Source of the DNA: Dicyema japonicum
Lineage: Eukaryota; Animalia; Dicyemida
DNA: 64,000 nt
Assembly: GCA_011109175.1 (NCBI GenBank)
Contig: RDEW01000013.1
Coordinates: forward strand, 910,181-974,180
Reading direction: 5' to 3'
The position numbers and the translations under genes were made by a program. Below the pieces are notes generated by a model, which ran no database searches, had not been told where the DNA came from, and worked only from the letters and a program-made list of their open reading frames with translations. Shown here one piece after another: positions 1-9,631 of this stretch (its first letter is position 1; each line of letters starts with the position of its first letter).

Positions 1-419
1 CATGAGGGGTGTCCAACGGCGTCTAAAGCTAGCTTAACAACTTCGTTCAAGGCCTGTATTTGGGAATCAACCTGCACTCTTCCAGAAGGAAAGAAGATGT
101 GAGCCAAAACAGTCGATCTGGTCTGCTTCTGCAATAATTTAAACATAATACATCGTAAGAAGCCAGCGGTTATGGAAAGAAAAATTGATCACTTCAAGAG
201 ATACTCTCATTTAAATCAGATTATCTATTTGAGAAAGTAACTGAATCATTGGAACTCGTCAGTACGCAATCCTTCAACCCCCTAAGCACTATCTGTTCAT
301 TCAAAATGTCATTAATCAAGAAAATACGATAGTAATTCCGATATTTCAAAAATTTAAAAAAAAGTTTTTTTTATAATTATAATTTTAGAAAATAAAATTT
401 GATGAAAACTACCTCTCAT

Positions 420-831
420 ATGGGTTTTCTCAAAACGGATCTAACATCAATTGAATATATGAACATCTTATTGGTTTGAGATCAGATATATAAAATGAAT
501 CCTTTTTTAATTTTTGGAGAGCATACATTTCAAAATATCCTGATATCTCAGAAAAGGCTATACGTACACTATTACTTTTCCAACGACTGAATACATCTAC
601 CAAAACAAAATATAAACTCAATGCTTCCGCTGATATGAGGACACAGTTGGCAACAATAACTCCTAACGTTACACAACTATGCTATGATAGAGTTATCTCA
701 ATGTTACATTAAATTGTCTTTGGTTATTGCGATTATAATTTAAGTAAAAATTGTAATAATTGAATTAGAAGGTTCTGCAAAAAAATTAGCCCAAAAGAGT
801 TCCGCGAGCACTTTAAGGTTGGGAACCATTG
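420..831 (+). mobile_element. Right-hand part of a Buster/Charlie-type hAT DNA transposon (degraded transposase C-terminus plus right TIR)
   Basis: Ends AAGGTTGGGAACCATTG followed by GTCTAGAC. The internal sequence closely matches 28590-28829. Remnant reads EHLIGL..., ...ADMRTQLATITPNV..., typical of the hAT dimerisation region. Confidence 0.8.
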
Positions 832-844
832 GTCTAGACGTTAG

Positions 845-1900
845 AATATACAGTTTAAGAGATCCACGGCAGTGTCTCATGATTTGAGGTAAATGAGTAA
901 TCCTACAAAACTCGAAACTTTTGGATTATAAATTGGCCCCATGGAAGGTCTAATATGCGCATGATGAAATCGCTAAAGGGTGGCGTAATCTTAGTTTAAT
1001 TCATATGGTTGAGATCTCAAGACTTGCAGATATTCGGGAGATGTGATGGACATTGAAATTATAGAATAACACACCTTAACGTTTTAGATCCTACAAGAAC
1101 AGCATAAATTACTCAGATTTATAAAATCGGCAAGGGGTTAATATCGATGGAAGTTGAAATTTAATAAACACCTCTACCATGACTGGTTCAGGTTACTGCA
1201 CAAAACCATAACCGACGCGGGGATCCCTTCAAGCTATCTAATTTAACAGCTTTCACATGTTAACAAATGGGGGGTCACTTTCCACATTTAGTCATTTAAC
1301 TAGTGACGTTAATGGTTGATTTGTTGGAAAGTTGAGCTGGAGATGTAGTCCCAGTGAACCATGAAGTAGTCCTAATACAATTCTTTCATATCAAAGTGGA
1401 CATAAACATCTTGTCCGATTCTTGATTGCCTCAGAAACATCGCAAATCATGAAACATGAGATACCTCAATGTCTGGTTTCCTAAATTGGGGAAACATGGA
1501 TAATTCTACTTTGAGAGGAAAAAGATTTCCTCTTAGAAAATCAACTTTAACGGAGTGTAGTTAACTCCATCGATGATTATAGTTTTTAAGTTTTCTAAAT
1601 TTCTTGCGAATATTTTTTTCAGTCGTTTTGTGCATACTACATACAGATTCAAATTCATCTGTGACCTTAAAGTTGATAAGCCAATACTCGTGATGTCAAT
1701 GACTCATCATAACAATTGAAAGGAATAGCTCTTTCCAGGACCAGAATAGTACATTTATCTCACGTTCTTTTGGAGTAGCAGAACTCTCGATATACGAATC
1801 CTTAAAGACTGGTCTGTGCGGGGCATTTTATTTGCTGCTTCCAAAATACGGCCTTTCAAAAATTCACAAGTTAGCTTCTATTAATAACATGAACGTTTGA
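845..1900. mobile_element. Highly degraded non-LTR retrotransposon fragments (R4-like), probably both orientations
   Basis: Weak remnants resembling the RLY..R..GGRGL region near 1110-1150; many stops. Boundaries approximate. Confidence 0.35.
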
Positions 1901-2199
1901 GAATAACTGATAATTTCCTTATTACTTCCAAGGTAGGCTGATTCAAGTTTCTCCAATTTGGGACAGCTGGGATTAAAACCCAGGCGTTTCATTATGTTAA
2001 AAAATTTGTGTTTCTAATGTCTTCTGTGACCATTGAAAATGAGACGAGAGGTTCTATCCACCATGAGGAGATTAGGAAGTTGTACAGGGGCTATTCTATA
2101 GTGGACCAGAATGGATGAGTATCCCTTGAATTAAGGAGTAGGACGTGATGGTGAAAATCGAGTTCCCCTCATTAAAGTAATTTCCACGTCTTGGGATGA

Positions 2200-2660
2200 T
2201 AAAAAATCCATCAGCAGTGAGAACAGCCAAAAGGATCTCGTTGAAGAGAAGATCCCATCGGGAGAGAGATATGATCTTTTAGTTGCCATGTAGAACATAA
2301 CATCCCAATCTGATCCACATATGTCGTCATGGAACGACTCCAGATTGCCGTAAAACATTCTTTACAAGAGAACAAGGAGCATAGAGATTACGATCGAGAT
2401 CCTGGAAGCAAGATGGAAGCTGGTTGGCCATATACTTCGTCTGGACCTAGAAACCCCCTGCAATCAGAACCATGAGCGCTACTTTATGGAAATCGTGTTT
2501 CCGTGGTCGAACAAGGACAACCGTACTAACCGTCTTAAATGAAAAACTTAGAGAAACCGGGAGGCCCTTTACAGACTACGGAATATGCCACAACAGAAAA
2601 AAATGGAAGAAGTTAATTAGTGACTTGATTTTTCGTGTGCACGTGATTTTGACATGACCT
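2200..2660 (+). mobile_element. Degraded 3' part of an RTE-like LINE
   Basis: Reads RWKLVGHILRLDLETPCN...FRGRTRTT..L, homologous to the RTE C-termini at 36694-37287 and 38885-39427. Confidence 0.7.
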
Positions 2661-2687
2661 ATAACATACTACACTGTACAATACTGT

Positions 2688-3000
2688 ACCCTACTGGCCT
2701 GGACAAGGAAGACGGAAAGCCATCAGACGGAGTAACTATCTTTCCGATAGAGGAGGGGAAACGATTAGTTCGGGGTGCAAAATGTGTGGACTCTCTGTCT
2801 TCACCAACATCATCGGGATCACGATAAGGCACTTTCCGTCGCAGAGAAAGCAGAGAGAGATAAAGAAAAGAAATATAGAGGACTCCTTAGCCGATATACC
2901 TTCCACACGATTGCTGTCGAGACAAAAGGAGCGATAAACAACAAGTCCCTGATATTCCTCAAAAACTGACGTATTGCATGATCAGAAGCCACAATGACCG
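2688..3000 (+). mobile_element. CRE-like non-LTR retrotransposon, restriction-like endonuclease remnant
   Basis: PTGLDKEDGKPSDGVTIFP...AEKAERDKEKKY...F.TIAVETKG matches the DGKRPDG...AE..K..KY...ETxG C-terminus of RLE-type elements. Homologous to 18450-19150 and 58600-58890. Confidence 0.65.
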
Positions 3001-3239
3001 CGAAACGCGATCGATAGCTGTCTGTTTAGTATCTTCAGGAAATTTCTCAGTTTTTTATAATCTCTTTTTACTGAGGAAATCAAGTTATCCAAATTAAAAA
3101 AAATAAATTTCGATGTACAGCAATAGAATAAGTGTACACGTGGAACATATCTGAACCCCTTTATTTTAGAATACCAGTTTTCTCCATACAACTTTCTTTT
3201 CGTTCATCGCGGTCGTCCGCTGTTTTCATTTTCAACCAA

Positions 3240-3505
3240 CTTATTATTATTTATTTATTTAACCCCGGATACACCGAGAAAGAAGTTAAAGTAAACAACT
3301 AATTAAGTGTAACCAGTTTCCACTTCTACAGAAACAGAGTCCATCCGGAATCAGCATAAAAGGTAAGACGTCCATTACATGCAGTTGTGGAAACCCCTCC
3401 AGTGGATTGGGGGAGAGCAAATGATCTTTTTTTGTGCCGGCCAGGCACTAGGCACCATCTAGACAGGTGGATCACATGATGCCACTCTATTAGGAAAAGA
3501 GAGAA
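3240..3505 (-). mobile_element. 5'-truncated LINE 3' end (Ingi/Vingi-like tail)
   Basis: On the minus strand ends ...CTCGGTGTATCCGGGGTTAAATAAATAA, like the tails at 34860 and 45960. Body 3340-3500 is repeated at 13395-13555. Confidence 0.55.
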
Positions 3506-3650
3506 GAAATAAACAAGGAATTTTCAACCAACTTGACCATAACATTGAGATGTCGTTCGTTTTCTTCTAAAAAAGTCCCAGTTTTATTTTAGTAGTAAAA
3601 ATTTTCCATCATGAGATTACATGGTGTCACCATTTGAAAGAGGGAGAGCA

Positions 3651-3812
3651 AAGGAATGCTTTTTAACTCATTTTTGTTGGGTGTGAGTCCTTTTAGGCGA
3701 TCCGGTTCAGCAGTGGAGTATTCATTGACAAAAAATCACTCGTCAAAGGCAGGAACTTTCAGCTAGATGTACAGCAGCGAGATTCGAACACAAAACCATT
3801 AGGATTTTCCGT
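3651..3812 (-). mobile_element. tRNA-derived SINE, degraded copy
   Basis: B-box-like GTTCGAATC and body TTTGACGAGTG...ACCGGATCGCCTAAAAGGA, shared with the copies at 6121, 29561 and 60371. Confidence 0.6.
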
Positions 3813-3814
3813 AA

Positions 3815-5830
3815 CTATGACACTGCCTCGTCCCTACAAAGAATACTCCCCAAAAGTATCCAGCGAAGTAATATCACATTCTCACCTAGATGACTACTAA
3901 TATCGGCTCTCGTTCCTGAGCTGTATAGAAGGATCGGTTGCACGAACGCATAAATAGACTTATCCTGAGATAATTTGGGGAACATAATTATCATTGCAAG
4001 GGACATCAGCATTTTTCGATTAGCCATGTCCTTGTGATCTCCAGAAGCGAGCCGAGAATTTTGACGAACCTCCACTTTTCATCAACCCGCTTAGGTATCC
4101 GTTCAATCGACGTCAGCTCAGTTTTTTTTAATTGATTTCAATGACAATCCATCACAAATATCTATGACTTTATCCTCAGCTGAATTAGGTAACTCCAAAG
4201 GCACTTGTTAGGTAACCCAATTCTTTACGAATGTCCCTCAAAGACCCGTCTTGAATGCTTCTCTTCATCCAAAATCAATAATCTTATTCAGTCTTAGTCA
4301 ATAACCTGAGAACAAGCAGTGGTTATTTCTACAAGTAAACTCCCAGAATGTACATCATTTTTTCAACTCCCAACTCCCAGAATGACTAAAAAATAGTTAT
4401 TCAATACACGAACCATTGATGGTTCCAAACGATATCACCGGTTGACCTTCCTTGGTTAAGTCCACTTTGACGGAGCGATAAATAGTTATAATAGATAAGG
4501 ATTTTTGTAGACACGTTTGTAGAATTACGGCCTCAGATAAATGTGTGTGCCTCACTTTTGGGAGTAGGAAAAAAGTCAAACGGAAAATGGTCAAATTTTA
4601 ATTTGGAAAAAAAGTCAAATTATTATTTCTTGGTCATTTTCAAATAAAATAAGATTTTAAAGACTTTATTTGTTTACAAAAAAATTTTCAAGAAAAATTT
4701 GCATTTGATTTTTTTCCGTTTTTCCTATTTTCTTCTGCTAATTTTACGAAAGATGGAAAAAAGTAAAAAAATTTAAGTCATGTTTATATTTTTGTAAAAG
4801 TCAATTTTTTTTAATTTCCAAAATTAAAATCACTCAAACCGCAACCTTGGTAAAATTGATTCTACTTTGAACTTTAAAATTTGACCTGCTAGTTGCGTAG
4901 CGTGCTTAAAAATAAAACTATTTTTACGTTGAATATTTATTTTTCTATGAAACTTATAAAATCGAATAAACGTGGATCAAAAAATTTTTTTCAATGGATA
5001 TATACTAGAAATTCCGGAACTAAATAGAAAATATACTGAAAATGTATTTTAAAAATTTCTAAAAAGAAGAAGTTTAATAACAGATCTTGAGTTTCAAAAT
5101 GCTACTGAAAGTCAACCTCATAATTATCCTTTTGACTTTCATGGAATCAGATTGAGCAAATTGACAAATGAATTTAAACTTCCGGCATATCATTACAATG
5201 AAACACCATCCCAAATTTTCTCTGAATATTTAGCACAATGCGATCCGAACTTAAACAATTATGTCCTTCTGATTCGTTTAGAAAAACAATCCGTAAGCAA
5301 CGCTCGTCTAATTGCGGTTAAAATTACATCATGGGGTTTAATTTTTGATTTTATATCGTGGTTAAACCAAATTCATTTTTTTAAAGTTTTGGGTGAAATT
5401 AAAATTGACTTTTTTCCAAAAAATATAAACATGGCTTAAAATTTTTGACTTTCCCCCATTTTTCGTACAATTAGCAGAAGAAAATGGGAAAACGAAAAAA
5501 AAGTGAACGGAAAAAAAGTCAAATGCAATTTTTTTTGAATTTTTTTGTTAAAAATAAAGTCTTTAAAGTCTTATTTTACTTGAAAATAATTAAGAAATGA
5601 TGATTTGATTTTTTTTCCTTTTGACTTTTTTCTACTTCCCTCACTTTTACCAGGTTTTTGTAGACAGTAATATATATTTCCCGTTGAGATTTCAAATAGA
5701 CAGTGAATCTTAAATATTTCGGTAAACATAATTTTTTGGCATTCTTCACAAATATTGTAAAGCCAGCCACTCGATTATTATTCGAACTCCAAAAATTTAT
5801 GAATCCGCGAACAGTTTATTAAGTAAGCAG
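3815..5830 (-). mobile_element. Degraded RTE-like LINE RT region, split by a MULE insertion
   Basis: Minus-strand remnants YAFVQPILLYSSGT, GRSTGDIVWNHQW and CLQKPGK. The LQKPGKSE segment joins across the 4560-5639 insertion. Confidence 0.65.
4560..5639. mobile_element. Non-autonomous Mutator-like element (MULE) with long TIRs
   Basis: Imperfect inverted repeats of about 270-300 bp (4560-~4830 versus ~5385-5639), starting GGGAGTAGGAAAAAAGTCAAA and ending TTTGACTTTTTTCTACTTCC. 9-bp direct duplication CTCACTTTT at 4551-4559 and 5640-5648. Internal ORF remnant FKLPAYHYNETPSQIF resembles a MULE transposase. Confidence 0.85.
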
Positions 5831-6120
5831 GGCTCTTATCAACTGTGAAAGGGGAAGATGTCATTCCGATTAAAATGTTGCTGATTAATTTAATTAATTT
5901 CATTATTAAAAATTATAACCAAAATTTTAATTTATTATAATTTAAAAAATTAACAAAAATGAATTGATAGAGTATGTCTTGGACCGTCATGGGGTTTTCC
6001 CTTCCATTATTTTATAAATCTCTGATTTCCCCAAACAATTCATTGACTTCTCCAAGTTGATGGACATTTTAGAAGCATTGGCAATAGACTTTTATGAAAA
6101 ATTTAAAATAAATAAATTCT

Positions 6121-6298
6121 GGGTGGCATAGTGGTTAGTTGTCGGGCTAAAGTGACTTAGGTTACGGGTTCGATGTCGCTGGTTTCAACGCAAATGCAGC
6201 AAGGGTTTGACGAGTGGCGTCATCAGGATACTCACTGCGGAACTGATTGTCTAGAAAGGACCACACACAAAAAAAAAGAAGTGAAGATTATTCCTTAA
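6121..6298 (+). mobile_element. tRNA-derived SINE
   Basis: A box TGGCATAGTGG, B box GGTTCGATGTC, conserved body and A-rich tail. Three further copies in the window. Confidence 0.75.
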
Positions 6299-7219
6299 TT
6301 TTACGATTAGTTAAAATTAACTGTTCTTTACTTAAATGAAGAGTGTATCCTGCCTATGCGGAGCTATATATGGCTCTCGTGAAAACCGAAAAAATTAATA
6401 TTATGGCTCTCGTGAAAAACCGAAAAAAATTTTTTCTAATATTCACTTAAAATTTCACTTTCAAACATCATTTACTTTTTTGCCAAATAAAATATTTTAA
6501 TGTCATTTATTACTTTATAATCTTTAATCGAATTATGAAACGAATTAATGCGTTTAGTGTGACATAATTAATATTTCAAAATTTTATTAGGAAATGAGAG
6601 TAAACGTTATATATCTTCCCTGACTGCGTGCTACTTCCTCTCAGGATGCGAGCGAGATTCGCTCAAATAACCCAGCAGCGCAGAGGTTTCCTGTTCGTTA
6701 GCGATCCGATTGCTGATACATTATCCACAATGTCGTTTACAAGTCTTTAATTGGCTATTATGAAGTTCCACCCACATCAATTGCAAGGACGATGCTGTCA
6801 CTTGTCTAACCTTCAAGCTTCGGAATAGGCAGACTGGAAGTAAGGATGGGCATTTTAGCGGACTACACAAACAAATAATCCGATTCAAAAAATTGTTTTT
6901 TTAAACATTAATAATTAATTTTTGTATATATTAACTAAGGGAAGATTCTAAGAACACGGTAACAACAAACTAACTAATCACGTGGTCAACCACGCTCTAA
7001 GAGACTCATTTTGGGCCGACGTTCCTCCTCAACTCCATACAAACACGTATCGGCCGTATAACCGGATCTCCTAGTGAACAGGAACAGCCTCGGTTTCTCC
7101 TGATTAGGGATTCCAGAAACACTAAAGAGGAGATTTTAACAGAAGTTCATCACTCCGTAATTTTAAAAGCCCCATTTTCTGGCTAACTTAGATGTTCAAA
7201 GAGTTTCCAGGAAATAAAT

Positions 7220-7320
7220 GAGATAAATGCATATTAATCATATTCTCATGAATGGAGATAATGCATATTAATCATATTCTCATGAATGGAGATAAATGCA
7301 TATTGATCTTATTCTCATTA
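7220..7320. repeat. Short tandem repeat, about 34-bp unit x3
   Basis: GAGATAAATGCATATTAATCATATTCTCATGAATG repeated three times. Confidence 0.85.
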
Positions 7321-7893
7321 TGAGGTTGTGATTTATTTTAGGCATGCTATTGGAGCATTTGCTGAATATAAATTGATAAAACGTTCAGGAATTATTGACT
7401 AAATATCTACAGGAGGTGGGGTATGTCTCACACGAATCAAGAGCTATATTTGACCCGCATGTGCAGCAAAAAAATAAGAGAGTCAGCTTCTTCATGCTTT
7501 TAGGTTTAGAAATTAAAGTTAGGCAGCTTGAATGGCATGCTGTTTCCTGACGATAGCTATCGAGACACGCTCTCGAAGGCATCCAGTCCTCACGTGAATC
7601 CTTAGTGACTCTATGGATCAATAGTCGATCCAACGGACTAGAGGTTAGTTTGTGGGCCAACTCTAATTAGAAATAATGACTGATCCGAGGGATTAAATTT
7701 ATTTTAATAAGTTTTACTATTGGAAGTAAGAAAAAATCAGTGCTCCTCAGTTAACACAAAATCCAGTGAAACCTACACTGCTTATTTATGATTTACGACT
7801 CCTGGAAGATCTATTAAGGCTAAGGTGAACCTGAATGATTAAAATAGAGTTATTCAGCATTTCTAAATGATATTATGGGATTAGAGTAATACA

Positions 7894-7909
7894 CGGATTT
7901 TATAATGCG
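7894..7909 (+). promoter_or_regulatory. Putative TATA-containing core promoter motif of micro-exon gene 1
   Basis: CGGATTTTATAATGCG, 15/16 identical to 13926-13941 upstream of the paralog; about 45 nt before the ATG. Confidence 0.55.
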
Positions 7910-7952
7910 CGAATGAAGTAGTATTTAAATTAATCGAGAAATTATCGTTAGA

Positions 7953-9631
7953 ATGGCAATGGCTTGTTTCCTTTTGTTTTTTATAATAAACTTCGGTAAT
8001 TTTTTTTGTAACTAGATATTGGATTTGGATTTTCAATGGGGGTATCCACATGAAATAATAAAATTTTAGTTTCCTAACCCAAATTCTGCTCAAAGTAAAT
8101 TTTGTTAAATACCTTTAGATCAAAATGGAGGAATCGGCGGTATTTCAATGAATATTAAATTTTAAAGGTCCTAACATCCATAATGGCCCACGTAAACTTA
8201 ATTATTTTATTTTTAGAATCCAGCGGAGGATCCAGTGGTATTTCAATGAATTTTAAATTTTAAAGGTCCTAACATCCATAATGGCCCACGTAAACTTTAT
8301 TATTTTATTTTTAGAATCCAGCGGAGGATCCAGTGGTATTTCAATGAATTTTACATTTTAAAGGTCCTAACATCCATAATGGCCCACGTAAACTTAATTA
8401 TTTTATTTTTAGAATCCAGCGGAGGATCCAGTGGTATTTCATTGAATTTTAAATTTTAAAGGTGCTAACATCCATAATGGCCCACGTAAACTTAATTATT
8501 TTATTTTTAGAATCCAGCGGAGGATCCAGTGGTATTTCAATGAATTTTAAATTTTAAAGGTCCTAACATCCATAATGGCCCACGTAAACTTAATTATTTT
8601 ATTTTTAGAATCCAACGGAGGATCCAGTGGTATTTCAATGAATTTTAAATTTTAAAGGTGCTAACATCCAAAATGGCCCACGTAAACTTAATTATTTTAT
8701 TTTTAGAATCCAGCGGAGGATCCAGTGGTATTTCAGTGAATATTAAATTTTAAAGGTGCTAACATCCAAAATAACCCACGTAAACTTAATTATATTATTT
8801 TTAGATTCCAGCGAAGGATCCATTGGTACTTCAATAAATATAAATTTTTAGGAGGATTTACGGTATTTCCGCATCAAACAATAAATATTTAGACTACTGG
8901 AACTACCCAGGCTAGAAGCAGCCGAACCACCCAACGTAAATTAATTAAATAATCTTTTTAGGAACCAGCAGAACATCCGGTTGTATTCTATGAATATTAA
9001 ATTTTAGGACAATATACGGTATTAAAGCATCAAAAAATAAATATTTAGACTGCAATTACCCAAGGTACTACCAACCAAGCCACCCAATGTAAACTTAATT
9101 AAATAATTTTTAGCTGCAGAATACAGTGGTATTTCTATGCATATTACATTTCAAAGGTAGTACTTACATACCTCCCCCGCGTAAGCATAATTAAATAATT
9201 TTTAGCTCCAGGATACGGTGGTATTTCCATGCATATTAAATTTTAAAGGTGGTCATGGGTCAGGTCCTTCAAGTAAGCCTAATTCAATAATTTTTAGATT
9301 ATGGTGTAACAGCAAGTAGTTTTTTATGAATTTTATTTTTTAGAATCTAAAAATCCATTTTCATTTATGCGTTCTGATTTATCAGGTTTTATTATTATTT
9401 TTTTAATTCCACTAAATTATAAGCCTGTAATCATTAGATCCTGATAATGATGAAAAAAATCCAAAAAATTGGAAATCTCTGATTTTTAGTAATTTTGTGT
9501 CCAAATTAGATAATTTTAATTATGGTTTAGTATCTTGTATCATCGGTGTGGTGGTTCTACCAGTCTACTTGAATTACAGAAAATTTAATAAAGAAACAAA
9601 AAAATCAGAATCGAAACCTGGAAATAAGTAA
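7953..9631 (+). CDS. Micro-exon gene 1: predicted 294-aa type-I membrane protein with Gly/Ser/Asn/Pro repeats (30 exons)
   Basis: Manual GT-AG splicing gives one uninterrupted 885-nt ORF. Exons: 7953-7995, 8016-8041, 8070-8094, 8119-8139, then 7x(24-nt + 21-nt) from 8168 with a 98-bp period, then 11,43,18,11,40,15,24,15,24,18,42 nt, last exon 9438-9631. Protein: MAMACFLLFFIINFDIGFG-FSMGFPNPNSAQNQNGGIG-(GPNIHNGPQSSGGSS)x7 with variants-GGFTTTGTTQARSSRTTQ...PKNWKSLIFSNFVSKLDNFNYGLVSCIIGVVVLPVYLNYRKFNKETKKSESKPGNK*. AATAAA at 9637-9642. Confidence 0.88.
8140..8825 (+). repeat. 98-bp tandem repeat x7 (28-nt intron + 24-nt exon + 25-nt intron + 21-nt exon)
   Basis: Units start at exact 98-bp spacing (24-nt exons at 8168, 8266, 8364, 8462, 8560, 8658, 8756) with no indels. 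Confidence 0.95.

Noticed and set aside
6121-6195. Functional tRNA gene
   Set aside because: The acceptor stem does not pair and the sequence continues into a body shared with three other dispersed copies, so it is a SINE head.
8140-8825. CRISPR array or plain satellite
   Set aside because: There are no unique spacers, the context is eukaryotic, and the units parse exactly into in-frame exons and GT-AG introns.
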